Source: Octopus sinensis (lineage: Eukaryota). Taken from it: a DNA stretch of 64,000 bases. Below are positions 1 to 13,930 of the stretch, in pieces. A model generated the notes under the pieces. That model saw nothing but the letters and a program-made list of their open reading frames with translations, was not told the origin of the DNA and ran no database searches. The stretch spans positions 2,976,001 to 3,040,000 of the forward strand of contig NC_043015.1 of NCBI RefSeq assembly GCF_006345805.1, written 5' to 3'. The position numbers and the translations under genes are program-made. Position 1 is the stretch's first letter. Each line of letters starts with the position of its first letter.

Positions 1-1570
1 TTCACCGTCCAACACATTTTCTGAGTACCGAAACACCAGGGCGATAACCGCAAAAGGTGTCATCCATGTTTAATGTCTCTTGATTTATTGTTTTCTTTAC
101 AACACATGTTCTGAACTCCCAGGATATTTTGAGCTTTCATCGAAAAGGGAGACGGCCACCGTTGCTTCTTATAATCGGTTCGAAAATTGTTAAGATATAA
201 ATATATATTTACATGAAACCAATCGTAGACTTAATACACAAACAAAGAAACTTTCCACACCAATCCGGTATTAAGCACTTATTTTCCTTGTTCGACATTT
301 ACGTTTACATGTGCACGTGTGCGTGTTTGTGTATGCATGTATGTGTGTGTGTGTTTGTGTGCGTGTGTTTGTATGTGTGTTTGTGTGCGTATGTGTGTTT
401 TTCTGTCTAGGTTAAAAATGGTGTACAAATTTTATATATGAAGAAAAAAAATTTACATTCCGCGTGATGTTATCCACATATTCCAAGACATATATGTATA
501 TACGCGTGAATTATTTGAAAAAAATCCGGAATTGAAAATGTTTTCTTGAGGTTTAGAAAGAGGTGGCTTATGCAAATATGATAGCAAATTCGGAGCATTG
601 CGTAAATATATGTGTCCATGTATTTGCCTGAAAGCATGTACGCGTGGTAAAGTTCAGAAAAAAAAGGAAACGAAAGAAAGACAGAAAAATAACAGAGATA
701 AGGAGAGCGAGAATGACAGAAAGTCTGCAAGATAGGTAGAGAGCAACAATGAAAGAAAGAATGGAAGAAACAAAGAAAGAAAGAAGAAAGTCAGAAAGAA
801 AGAATAAAGAACAAAATAAAGAAACGAAGAAATAAAGATGTGTTTTTTCATAGATTGTAGAAATTGATGATAGGCCATGGAGACCAACAGTCTTAAGAAT
901 TACAATTAATTGTATTAAGTTATTGTAGAACCACTTCTTTCATCGTGTTAAGTGTCATATTGCCCTGCGTGCGTATATTCTGTCTTCACTCTTTTTTCTT
1001 TTCTCTAGACGTTATCCTTCCCCTTTTCCGCCTTCATTTCGTCCCCTATTTTTTCTCTATTCTCTCCTTTTGGCCGTGTTTCCCTTTCTCCATTACCTGT
1101 TATTGATACGTGACCTGCTTTTCTTCTTTCACCCCATATATTCAACCGATCGGGGGCCCAATATTTCTGTCTTGCTATTTCCATAAGCGTTACACACCAT
1201 TATTCTCTTTTGCGCCCGAAGGCCGTATTCCACTCTTTTCTATTTATTCCTTCCTTGTCCATCGTCTTCAATTACATTTTTCTGTTATTATCGTATGTCC
1301 CCCCTGTATTGTTTTGTTTTCTTGAGGCACAACAATATCTGCAGCTTTCGCAAGCACCACCAATATGGGACATTCTCATTGTTATCATTAATGGTGCGAA
1401 ACTGACTATTACCACTTTGGTTGATAACTGATAAAGATTTCATACATACATACACACTCACACACATATATATATGTGTGTGTGTTTATGTATGTATATA
1501 TATATATATGTGTGTGTGTGTATATGTTTATGTATATATATATATATATATGTGTGTGTGTTTATGTATG

Positions 1571-1605
<35 letters not shown>

Positions 1606-1636
1606 ATATGTTTATGTATATATATATATAAATATA

Positions 1637-1766
1637 CCAAATCAATTCACAAGGCTTTGGTCTTCTCGAGGCTATAGCAGAAGACACTTGCCAATGATGC
1701 CACACATTGGGAATGAACCCGGAACCATGTGGTTCATAAGCAAGCTACTTACCACACAGCCACTCT
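1637..1766 (-). mobile_element. SINE family 1, 5' part
   Basis: Reverse complement matches the head of the copy at 33771 (GTGGTAAGTAGCTTGCT...AACCACATGGTTCCGGGTTCA...GGCAAGTGTCTTCTGCTATAGCCTCG). Confidence 0.8.
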
Positions 1767-2514
1767 TACGTCAAAATATTTCATTTTAGCATATGTACAA
1801 TATATTCGAGCAGCAAAATTCTTATTTGTAATATTATAACTTTGGAAATATTTATTGATTTCTACAGTTTAGTTCCCTACGCTTGTATATTGGTAATCCT
1901 GAATGTATGAGAATTTATAATTTACATTCCTTATGACGTTATCCACATATTCCAAGACATAAATCTAAAAGAAATTCCTTTGCAGCGAATGTGAAATTAA
2001 CTAAAGTATTGTACATCATGTGAATACACTGTATTGCATAAATTCATGTATACATCGTGCACCCGAAGAACGATGACATAAATGAGTCTTTTAGGTTAAG
2101 GGTTTAGCTTAGATTTACTCTAATCTTTTCATATGGAATGTTGTGTACAGTTCTATCATATTTTCGTCCATTGACTGTCATGAAACATTTACAAAGTAGC
2201 TGTCTGTGTATCAAAACAGTTTTACTATTTATTGATAAACGTTTTAATACTTTCATTGAGCGAGATGGAGGGTTTCTCATAATTATATTGAAGAATTAGA
2301 ACGTAAGCCAGTATCTGCATTATAGTTGTCAGGGTGTAGCATTCTGAGTTACTTAATGGCGCCAACGGCGAAATTCATGGCGGACAATATCAAAGGATGA
2401 GATATGATACACAAAATATTTGGGGCTTACATCGACCAAAGGGGAACATTATAGTATTAAAAGATATAAGAAAGGAGATATAAGCTTCAGAAATATACTT
2501 TTAAAATAATTTGT

Positions 2515-2705
2515 GAAGGTGCCGAGCAGTAAAATTGTTAGCACGCACGGCCAAATGCTTTGCGGCATTTCGTTTTTACATTCTGAATTCAAATTCCGTT
2601 GAAGGTCAACGCTGACTTTCATCCTTTTCGGGTCGATAAAATAAGGAACAGTTGAGAACTGCGGTCGACTTACTATTCCCATTACCTGGCCTTGTGCCAA
2701 CATAT
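2515..2705 (+). mobile_element. SINE family 3, diverged copy
   Basis: Contains the TTCAAATTCC...CTTTCATCCTTTTCGGGTCGATAAAATAAG core shared with 13931-14657 and 29525-29875. Confidence 0.65.
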
Positions 2706-3820
2706 TAAAACCAATACACTATACATGTATTATCTGTTATTTTGATGCAGATTCTGTCCCCCTGAGGGACGAAATAATATCACACATTCAAACGTTACTG
2801 TAAATGAATGGAAATGCGATAAAGCAAACGAATATATGACATTCCTTTGGTATCACTCCGTCAGGCCTCGTTGAAATAATTCACTCATTAATATAATCTT
2901 ATTACTATATACAAATTTATGACCTAGTCTAGAATTGTGGATTGAACGTCTTAATATCTGTCCTTGTATTATCTAGAGATTGTATTCGAATATAAGTGCA
3001 AACTTCCATACGATATGTCACTCTGTCAAAGAGTTAATTTACACAAAGCATGAATTTTTTTGAGGAACTTATGATGTGATTATTTAGAACGTTAAGATTT
3101 GAATTATTGAAATACAGTCGTATTATTTTTATCTATTGTAATATAGATTTGCAGTGCTACATAATACAAGTTTGCGCACGTTTGTGACAGTAGTTGTTTG
3201 GCTACTGGATTTATTCACTGTTTGTGATTAATACGCGCTGCTTGTAGGAGCTCATATTCTTACGTTTAGCTGCTTATCACTTTTGTTACATGGTGTTCAT
3301 CGAAAAGACTGATCATGCAACAGGCAGCTGAACGAATGAAGTTTGCACTTGCCAGTGATCAAAGACAGCACCTACATCAGCATTGATACATATTACTATT
3401 GAGGGTTAAAAAGTTTAGTACTTTAATGGTACTAGTAGGCGGTGATTATTGCTGAACACAGGATGTTTGCCTATGTATATTGAAGAATAGTTGCTCCTGA
3501 AAACAGCTGCTCTCTCATTAGTCTTCTTGTATCGCTAATTCAATCCAACGAAGTCTCTTTATCTAATTAATTTGATCAGTTGCTTATTGTCGCAAAAAGG
3601 AAAAAAAAATAATGAACAAAAAATTGGCGGTACATACAATTAACGAATAAACTCAGAAATTTAATTATTGTATTGCATAGCCAGCATAACACAAAGGGAA
3701 ATCTAAGTACAAATTACGCATGATAAATCCGAATGAATTACAGAACCACGAGTCACCTGTACATATACGTATGTATATATATATATATTATATATATATA
3801 TTATATATATATATATATAT

Positions 3821-3851
<31 letters not shown>

Positions 3852-4039
3852 CGGTAACACCAGGCGTTGCACGGGAATGACATTTTTGCTTAAATATTGG
3901 AAGATAACAGCAAAGTATGTTGCATAGAAATTTGTTATCTAAGTTTACTTTATTCTTCAATTGTGATACAATTTATTCTTTAAATAGGAAATCAATTCTG
4001 AATTCATAATACAAAATAATAACAAGAAAAACATTAATA

Positions 4040-4043
4040 AAAA

Positions 4044-4085
<42 letters not shown>

Positions 4086-4086
4086 G
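4040..4086 (+). repeat. (TAA)n microsatellite
   Basis: Run of TAA units seen directly. Confidence 0.95.
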
Positions 4087-4199
4087 CAACAATAACATCG
4101 AAAAATAGATTAGAACCTAGCTTCGAAATTTCCCCATCACATCTGATGAAATTTGAGAGTATATCAGCCGAAACGTTATGTTAAAAGCAAACAAGATAA

Positions 4200-4600
4200 G
4201 AACAAATATACGTCAAATGTAAATAATGACTGATAATGCATGTTATCAAATGTCTTACCAACATCTTCCATTGGACCTCTAAGTGAATTGGTGCATTCAT
4301 TGCAAATGATAAGGTGACATTGACCCAAGACATCTGGTGAACATGAATGTTTGCTTATGTTACAAATTCGACAGTCATTTGTGACCAGGTTTAGTGGTAC
4401 TTTAAAAGCAGAACGATCAGTTATTCCTCCTGCAAGAATGGGGGCAGGCAAAGCCAGACAATGGTACAGAAACTGCAATTCGTTTTCTTTAACATAACTT
4501 TAATAAAAGCATGTTTGACCTGTACCACCATGATAAATGTCTGACCTGTGCCACAAGAATAATCATGAAAGAAAATGTCCTTGCTTTTCTTGGCGATTGT
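4200..4600 (-). mobile_element. Helitron PIF1-like helicase relic (frameshifted)
   Basis: Across two frames it reads IFFHDYSCGTGQTF...GGTGQT / RIAVSVPLSGFA / PILAGGITDRSAFKVPLNL / CNISKHSCSPDVLGQCHLIICNECT...EDVGKTF. This is collinear with the Helitron helicase motifs FFLDAPGGTGKTF / ALAVASSGIAA / LLPGGRTAHSAFKLPL / CNIS...LIVWDECTM...EALDRTL. The Walker A Lys is replaced. Confidence 0.8.
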
Positions 4601-5146
4601 GGAACGCCGCACGCACGAACACACACATACACACAGTGATACATATACATACAGTATCGAACATCAGATGAAATGGACGTGTGTGTGTGTGAGAAAGAAA
4701 GAGAGAGAGAGAGAGAGCACATTGTAAACAAAGAATGAACTGATTATGGAATGCAAAATCGTATTAGCAAGATTGCGTTAGAAAGTATTTTGTACTAAAT
4801 ATTTAAATTTGTGAACATCATACATATTACTTTCAGTAATTTATCGTAGTTCTATAAGAATGGCGACCATTAAAATAGAGGCTGAGAGAATTCACCGCTT
4901 CTCCGTCAACGCCGGAAGTTGTCATTGAGAGTTTTGCTTTTAAAGAAGCAAATCACAAACATAAAGCCACTTTTTTTAAAGTTTTAATAAAAAAAAAAAT
5001 TAATGAACATCCTATTATTTGTCCGAGGTCAAATTATTCATGCATCACAAGTACGAAAGTAATTGGCGAAGCCGTTTTCACGTGAAAAGCGAATACACGC
5101 ACATCTCTATTTTATATATGTGTGTGTGTGCTTGTGTGTATGTATG

Positions 5147-5384
<238 letters not shown>

Positions 5385-6260
5385 TGTGTGTGTGTGTGTT
5401 AAAAAAAAGGAAAACTTCCGATCATATATATATAATATATAAGGAAAATGCACACAAATTGGATTGTTTTATCATATTTTTCAATATATTTTGTATTGTG
5501 TTTATTTGACCGGTTTCACTTTCGCTAATCGCGGCATCGAAATTATTGTAATTTTGTATTTCCTTGAGATTTTAGTCAATGTGTGTTGAGAAATTTCTGA
5601 ATAACTTATTCATCAATTATACAGTTCTAAAGAGTTGTAATTGCTGGTCGATATTATTGGGGTAAAGGGAGGTAATTGCTAATCTTTCTGGGTCACATTA
5701 TCAACCATGCATATACACACACAAACACACGTACGCGTTATATAAGCACACATCCTGAAAGAAACATCGATTTATTTGAATTTGTGTGTGTATTACTGCG
5801 GAGATGTGCAGTTAATATCCAATGAAGCTTCAAATTTCTCCCACTTTATCAGAGCAAAGCAACAATTTCTATACAAGAACGTGATTTTAAAGAAAATTTT
5901 TTCATGGAAAAATACAGAACACGTCTAATTATGAACGCACAACCAACTTTGGTCGCAGTATAGGTTTTAATTAATAATCACATATCCATCACGGTATATA
6001 TTTCATCGTACTACTTACGCTTTTGAGATTTTGATTATATATATTTAATCCCCTACTCGATAGATCAGCGATTACTTCCCTTGTCCCCAATAATAACGAT
6101 CGCCAAATAGCTCCCAATAGATTTTTCCGCTTCTTGAATTATACATTCCAAAATTCTCCACTCACAGCATGGATAAATATCCTTTTATGAAAATTAAAGG
6201 AATTTTCAACGTCGTGATTAGCGAAAGAGAAACCGCTCAACAACACAATATGAAATATAC

Positions 6261-6672
6261 TATTTTCTCTCTTTTACTCTTTTACTTGTTTCAATAATTT
6301 GACTGCGACCATGTTGGAGCACCGCCTTGAATCGAGCAATTCGATCCCGGGACTTATTCTTTGTAAGCCTAGTACTTATTATATCGGTCTCTTTTGCCGA
6401 ACCGCTAAGTGACGGGGACGTAAACACACCAGCATCGCTTGTCAAGCAATACTAGGGGGACAACACACACACAAGAAACACACACACATACACATATATA
6501 CATATATACGACATGCTTCTTTCAGTTTTCGTCTACCAAATCCACTCACAAGGCATTGGTCAGCCCGGGGCTATAGCAGAAGACACTTGCCCAAGATGCC
6601 ACGCAGTGGGACTGAACCCGGAATCATGTAGTTGGTTAGCAAGCTACTTACCACACAGCCACTCCTGCGCCT
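6261..6672 (-). mobile_element. SINE family 1, full length
   Basis: tRNA-like head, internal (TA/TG)n tract, GGCGGTGCTCCAACATGGTCGCAGTC tail and (AAAAGAGT)n end; collinear with 33771-34166. Confidence 0.85.
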
Positions 6673-7042
6673 ATATATTAACAAATATATTAAAAATATA
6701 CAAAAATTGTGCTTTTCCTTCTTTCTTATTACATTTTGTTTTCAAGTAGATGTTGTGTGATATACATACAATCCTAAAAATTTAAATTAAATTCAGGTAA
6801 ATAAATTCTTGTAGAAACGATTATTTATTATTATTTGGATTGATTTAATGTTCTCTCTCATTCCTGCGTGTTCGCAAATGTTCAAACCACCTTCCTTCAG
6901 TTTCCAAACAAAGCTGATAACGTCTAACAATATATTCGACAACATTGCCAAACATTTCACTTGGAAGCGCAAGACATTGTATTTGAATTTCATTTTTCAA
7001 ATCATCAATTGTCACTGATTTTGCATCGTAAATCTTACCTTT

Positions 7043-7202
7043 GCGATGTCCCCATAAATAAATCCATTAGTTTGAAGCCTGGGGAACCTGAAGGAAATTC
7101 AACGCTATCTCTCCTCCCAATACATTTGTTTGGATTTGTTGCATTGAGGCAAGCCCGTACATCGTCTGCTAAAGAGTGAGTACATCTTTGTGGGGCACCA
7201 TG
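7043..7202. mobile_element. Degenerate Tc1/mariner-type MITE
   Basis: Right end CTTTGTGGGGCACCATG followed by TA resembles a mariner TIR; only a weak left partner (GATGTCCCCATAAA). Confidence 0.3.
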
Positions 7203-7241
<39 letters not shown>

Positions 7242-7285
7242 GGAGGGAGAGAGACAGACAGACAGAGAGTGTGACATAGATATAT

Positions 7286-7330
<45 letters not shown>

Positions 7331-7443
7331 CATATATTTATATATATGAAAGAAGGTTTGAAAATGCAATTTTAAAAGATGTCTATTTTGGTACCTTACA
7401 ACTCCACTTTGTTATATATATATATATATTATATATATATATA

Positions 7444-7483
<40 letters not shown>

Positions 7484-7746
7484 GGTGTGTAATCAGAATA
7501 TATACATGTATAAACACGCATACATACGTATACGCACCAGCACAGTGTCCTTAATATGTTCTCATACTCATATATGTACGTTATTACATATGCATTTCCT
7601 CAAAATATGCATACGCTTGTCTATCCACACCTGCAAAGAGCAAACAGTTGCAAACGAAACTCATCAGTGCAGATTTACTGTCTGGGAGATTACGGGTGAT
7701 TTACAAATATGAAGAGACATATATATTTTGCTATTGAAGAACACAC

Positions 7747-7751
7747 TGCTG

Positions 7752-7796
<45 letters not shown>

Positions 7797-7810
7797 GTAC
7801 TACTACTACG

Positions 7811-7841
<31 letters not shown>

Positions 7842-7856
7842 GTGTTGCTGCTGCTG

Positions 7857-7892
<36 letters not shown>

Positions 7893-7980
7893 ATAATAAT
7901 AATAATAATAATAATAGGAATAATAATAATAATAGTAACAACAACAGTAATAATAATAATAATGATAACAACAACACCAA
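7747..7980 (+). repeat. Compound trinucleotide microsatellite (CTA)n(CTG)n(CTA)n(TAA/CAA)n
   Basis: Seen directly; it explains the poly-T/A/N and poly-L/V/S ORFs at 7664-8149. Confidence 0.95.
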
Positions 7981-8513
7981 ACCAAATAAAAATAAAGCGA
8001 CTGCCCACAAAGGAATAAAAAATAGTAAATTAATTACTTTGTCTAAAAAGATCATTAAACAGTTATTTCTCGAAACAGTAACCAAAAAAAAAGGAAATAT
8101 AAAAGCGATTTTCGAACTCTTAGACTTAATAAAATGTGTTCATAAGTAATTATATCAAAGTTAAGGTAAAATGCAATAATAATAGAAAGGCTAGGAGTTA
8201 GGGGTGTATGTGCAACTATAGTAGAGAGAGAGAGATAATAAACATATTATGAAAATTTTGAAAATGCATATTATCTCGCGTGAACACAGGACTTACTTTT
8301 CTCATCTCTAAGGTTCAGTAGGGTATTTTTAGCGGAAAGAATAAAGAATACTTCTGCTATAGAGAGAAGACATTTTTGTTATTGACTTCATAATGTGGTG
8401 CAGAAGCAATTATATCCCATTTAAGATCAACATGAATATCATTATCCTTTAATTGCCAAATAAATTTACATAATACTTAATCCTATAGAATTAGTTTTCC
8501 GTTTATATCTAAA

Positions 8514-8908
8514 CTAGCAGTATCGCCCGGCGTTGCTCGGGTTTGTAAGGGAAATAATTATATAAGCATTTTTAGAGATGTAAAGTATAATAGCCATCTC
8601 AATATGGCTAACCACAAAGGGGGAAGGGTGTTACTGTAGCTTTTTACGTTCTGAGATTTAATGATAAATTTTAGAGAGTTACTTCCCTTATATATGTCAA
8701 AAATGGATTAAAAATGGGAAAAATTGATGGTAATTTTTTTTTTTAATCGTAGACTCATCGTTGACGCGCGCTAATACCCAGACGGTCTCGATATGAATCA
8801 CGACTATAAGATACCCGGTTTTGGTTAAACTGCACCGCAAAATGTGGGAGTAGTTAGGAATCTAAATCGTAGGAGACAGACACACAACCTCACTTTTATA
8901 TATAAAGA
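8514..8908 (-). mobile_element. Non-autonomous Helitron (~395 bp)
   Basis: Minus strand starts A|TCTTTATATATAAAAG and ends CCCGAGCAACGCCGGG (hairpin)-CGATACTG-CTAG|T: 5' TC, subterminal GC hairpin, 3' CTAG, inserted between A and T with no TSD. Confidence 0.85.
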
Positions 8909-8974
8909 TTTCCTCTAATTACATAATATGAGGTCTCTTTCTTTCTTGTGTTATCTTACTGTTTTTACCAATAT

Positions 8975-9029
<55 letters not shown>

Positions 9030-9108
9030 ATAAATATATATATAGTTACAGAGATGTACTTACACAGCAAGTGACTTGATCTGAGATCGTGTGCTGGAAC
9101 GAAAACAG

Positions 9109-9367
9109 TTGCAGCGTTGAAGGTGTTTATAAGCCATTTAAGAAACACACAAAAACCGTTAGATTCACTTCAACATTTAAATTTAATTTGTCAAAATATT
9201 TTCGTCGCTTTGAGACCGCGACTTGTTAGCACGATATTTTTGTCAGTGAACAGGTCGCGGTCTCAAAGCGACGAAAATATTTTGGCAAATTAAATTTAAA
9301 TGTTGAAGTGAATGTAACGGTTTTTGTGTGTTTCTGAAATGGCTTACAAACACCTTCCACGCTGCAA
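9109..9367. repeat. Fold-back inverted repeat, ~110 bp arms and ~30 bp spacer
   Basis: TTGCAGCGTTGAAGGTGTTT...TTTGAGACCGCGAC is mirrored by GTCGCGGTCTCAAA...AAACACCTTCCACGCTGCAA with few mismatches. Confidence 0.9.
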
Positions 9368-9440
9368 TATATATATACACATATATATATATATATGTAT
9401 GTATGTATGTGTGTATATGTGTATGCATGTATGTGTGTGT

Positions 9441-9665
9441 GTGTGCGTGTCTGTGCTTGTGATTGTCCTCCACCACTGCTTGACAACGAATATTGGTTTG
9501 TTTACATCCCTGTCACCTAGTGGTTTGACAAAGGAAACAGATAGAATAAGTACAATGCTTACAAAAATAAAAGTGGAGTTGATTCATTAAACTACAATTC
9601 TTCAAGGCATTGCCCCAGCATGGCCACAGACCAATGTCTGGAAAAAGCAGAAGAATAAAAGAATA
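9441..9665 (+). mobile_element. SINE family 1, 3' half
   Basis: TTGACAAC...GTTTACATCCCTGTCACCTAGTGGTT...GATAGAATAAGTAC...GCCCCAGCATGGCCACAG matches the family 1 tail. Confidence 0.75.
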
Positions 9666-9728
9666 CATTCTCTGCTTTGGTCTTATGTTCAAGGCATGAG
9701 AAAGCTTGAGTTTACATGAGAAGGCCTA

Positions 9729-9995
9729 ACAGACCTGGTAGAAACAGCAACCAAATCTCCCTCAAATCACACCTTACTGTCTTATGTATGTATATATATA
9801 TGAGCCAATGAGGGGGACCTCTACATGGTAGCTAGACCTGGTAGAAATAGCAGCCAAATTTCCCCCAAATCACACTTACTGTCTTATCTATGTATATATG
9901 TATGTATGAGCCTATGAGGGAGACCCCTACATGGCAGCTAGACATGGTAGAAATAGCAGCCAAATCTCCCTCAAATCACACCTTACTGTCTTATC
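9729..9995 (+). repeat. ~105-bp tandem repeat (about 2.5 units)
   Basis: AGACCTGGTAGAAA(C/T)AGCA(A/G)CCAAAT...AAATCACAC(C)TTACTGTCTTAT recurs near 9730, 9835 and 9940. Confidence 0.85.
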
Positions 9996-10083
9996 TTTCT
10001 GCTACTTGGATATAGGTCTTATATTCTTCGTAAGAAACTTTCCTGTCACACACTCACGCACACGCACACACACACACGCACCC

Positions 10084-10117
<34 letters not shown>

Positions 10118-10639
10118 ACACGCACGTTAGCTTACAATTTTACTTATATATTTGCGTGTCTATGTGTGGAAAGAGGAAGTGGGAGGCAGAGTGAAAGAAT
10201 CACTCACTACAGTAAGTGAATTACTTTCATTTTATTCGTTGCCCACTGTGTGTGTGCGTTTGCGTGTGGTGTAAACCAGACTAAGAAAAGCATTTGACAC
10301 ACACACCAGAATGTGAGTTTTCTGTAAATTTTGCTTAATTGGAGTTTAAATTTTAAAAACTGGACCTGGCATGACGCGATGCATTGTACTCTCAAAAATG
10401 CTAGGTAAATTGTAATTGAAGAAATCCTATATTGTAGATTTGTATAACTCCCAAAGGGAGGCAGATAAAATCTGCCTTTTATAATAAGAGATGTATGCAA
10501 GTGGTTTGTGGCGAATGTTTTAATTTCAATTCTTTTAACTTGAGCTTAGATTAGTATATTACATGTTTACTTTCACATGAATTCTTAAATAAAAAGAATA
10601 TTTCAAAACTTGCAATCACAATTATTATAAGTGCTATCA

Positions 10640-11330
10640 TATTGATAAATGTTAAAATTGAATTAATATATACGGGGAGATGTTTTATTAGTTATGTAGA
10701 AGCCAGGAGGTGTTGTGTTCATTAGTAATAGTGTAGCTATGGGATTAGAGGTAGATGCACAAGTGATCTAGTGTGAGAGATAAAGAAATATATATCTATT
10801 GCACTATACAAAATAGTTAATTAAGGATTTGAAAAAGCTTATATTTCTACGTGAATATGTGGAATGCTTATCTAGTTTGAAGGTATTACAAGGATGGAAT
10901 GTTTGTGTATTATATGAGGGAACATTGTTAGTAGTTTTTGTATTATTTTTAAAGTTTCGGTTGTTAGGAGATATATCAGTACAATTACTAAGGTTATTAG
11001 AGTTAGTGAGGGCTGCAGTAAGCTCCAGGACGTTAATCTGCCTATTATTATGGGTGTTTCTATAAAAGTAGAATTTATCTAGTTTCCTGTTATTTATGGA
11101 AGATATAATAGTAAACAAGTTATGGGCTCAGATAAACCCAATATTAATGGCTTTATTGTTAATTATTTCATTATAACAATTATTAGTATTACAATATATG
11201 GATAATCGTGAATATTGAATTGATTATATTATTTTTGAGTTGCTTTGCCTATAGAATAATGAACCAAATTCTTTTAGATTTATCAGTTTTATTATTAATT
11301 ATAGGTGTATTATAATTTGATTTAGATTGA
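10640..11330 (-). mobile_element. Highly decayed Penelope-like element fragment
   Basis: The A/C-rich minus strand gives KRIWFII (like the IWFNPPY thumb motif), then NLFTIISSINNRKL (like NIKSIISSHNKKIL), then CN and FYI remnants, in the same order as the PLE at 53110. Many stops. Confidence 0.4.
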
Positions 11331-11779
11331 TTATATTTAGTTGAGTTAATGAGTACATAATTCTTATTAAATATTTGATTATCATTATAGTATTTAGCAT
11401 AAATTTATTTTTTACTTTTTATATTATGTTTATTTTTTAATGCAGTATTTGTTATTCCATTTTTATGTTTAGCAATATTAAGATTCCTTTCAGAAATCTA
11501 TCTCTTAATGAGGTTATTTAACCTCTAATTGAATTTATATATGTGTGTATATAGGGTTGGCCAAAGGATACCCCAGAGTAAATAATCCTTTCATAAATAC
11601 TATCTGTAATTCTGTATTCACTCGAATGGAATAATGCGTCGCTCAAAAAGGACTTCAATTTGAACGATTTTCGTGATGTTTCATATTTAGATTAATTTAT
11701 TAAATTCATTCCGTTGTTAAACCTAAATAAATCTTGGAATTAAAAGATTCTGAATTATTGGGAGCTGAGACAAATAATG

Positions 11780-11832
<53 letters not shown>

Positions 11833-11834
11833 CA

Positions 11835-11890
<56 letters not shown>

Positions 11891-13809
11891 ATATATATGT
11901 ATTTATTTATTATTAACCTACACATATTTCAGATTTGCTTTTCATCTCGTTCATTGTTCAATTTTATCAATCGATTGATCGATCGACTGGAAATATGGGG
12001 GAACGATTTCTAAAGGATGTCTTTCTACGACATAAAAGTAAATGAACTGTCACAAAGAGAGGAAATAGAGAACGGAATTTCGTCAGCCTGGCTTTTATAC
12101 AGATCCAGATCGCATGTCTCTAGATATCTCTTACCGCCGGTAAATAGTATTGACATCGAGTAAAGAATTTTGACATGACGCAATTTTTTAATGATATATT
12201 GGAATGCCGTTCTCAACTGTAATTTTGAAATGTTATTAGAAGTCTGTGTACGCTTCTGGCGTTTACTACTCTCTTTTTCGAAAGTTATATGGAGTCAGTG
12301 GTAGGCTTTAGGCATTTACTAACATATCTTATAATAAATGTGCGTCGAGATTAATTCTAAATATACATACCAAAAGACAACTATGGTATTGATAATAATT
12401 TTTGAAGTTGAAGTATAATAATATATGTAAGTAATTGCAAATAAAAAGAAATTGTTAGACGATTAATTAGGAATTTGGAATAAATAGTCTATAACATATA
12501 ACGAACCAATGGGACTAAAACTACATGTAATCCTAAAATATTGGACTAGATATCACATATACAGCTGCAATAGTAAGAACATATTTTTCCTGCATTGAGT
12601 AATAGATTAAATTACATAAGTGCTAATTGACGATGATAAACCCTAAAACTCATAAATAAAACTAAAGGAAACAAAAGCAATGAATTCAAAAGAAAATAAC
12701 GGAATGGTGACATAAAATTTATAGAATAGAAAATGGTATTTTCTGATCATCAAATACGTGGCGAAAAGGAAAATGAATCTATCATTTAAACAATTAGATA
12801 ATTTGGCAATTATCATTTAAATATAATATTACTTTATCTACACTATTGGACAAGGAAGGGATGCGGGTTTTATCATATCCGTTTGTTCACAGCATTAATT
12901 ATCGCAGGGATGATCTAAAGATTTTGTTGTAAAAAGAGTTATGTCTTACGGCCAGTCCCGGCCTTTTATTCGCTTTGTTATAATAATGTAAGTATTAGCA
13001 AGGATTCTTCTCGCCAAAGTTCAAATCTAGTTTTCCCTACGCCGTGAGAAAATGCACTACTGTATTTTGACCACTTAATATTGTACTTTCCTAAGCTCCC
13101 AAATTATTTTGCTATATGAAATCGATCTATCTGTGATTATATTATTAAGATTTCAATGCTCTTACAGAAGAATGAATATATTGGTATATTAATATATTCG
13201 TAACATATGAGCACACATAAATTAGGTTCTACTTAAGACTTTTTAATGTAACGGCCATTCGTTACGAACTCGGCAATTACAATTATAATTATGAATAGTG
13301 TTAGTATTATTTTTTTAAATATTACTTTTATTGTTGTTGCCGCTACTAGCATTGTTCTCTAGCATCGTCATTGCTGTCGTTGTTATTTCTCTTGTTTCTC
13401 AAACTATACGTGTTACTATTGTTCATGTCATTCCTCATATTCTTATCACTATTAGTATTAATTCCACCGTAATTTCATTGCTACTTTTATAGCTATGGTC
13501 CTTATCCTCGTTATTTTCCTTTCATTATATTTTTGATCTCGAACTTGCTTTTTTACGAGTTATATTACGAGTTCTATTACGAGTTCTATATACGAAGCCC
13601 ATTAAAACATTATGACTTCCAATCTGATAAGACACGTGCATCACAAATGTATGTGCTCGACATGGTAATCTCCTATGAAGATAAACAAATCTCCTATCAA
13701 GATAAGCATATGTCATTGCAGGTCGGTCTTACAATATTTCCTCAGGTTGAATAGTCCATCTCGCTCAAATGGTCACTGAATAAAATTTGTCTCCAAACAT
13801 GCACACGTC

Positions 13810-13873
<64 letters not shown>

Positions 13874-13930
13874 CACACATACACACACGCATATGCACAC
13901 ACATGTATATATATAAATATATATTAACTT

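Noticed and set aside
1-70. Possible gene start MTPFAVIALVFRYSENVLDGE on the minus strand at the window edge
   Set aside because: Too short and truncated by the edge to evaluate.
4860-4925. Promoter-like motifs (CCGGAAGT ETS-like, ATGGCG YY1-like)
   Set aside because: Short motifs with no associated gene or CpG-rich context; chance occurrence is likely.
10560-11500. Possible NUMT (T/G-skewed strand, hydrophobic plus-strand ORF)
   Set aside because: I could match no mitochondrial gene motif; the minus strand fits a decayed Penelope-like ORF better.
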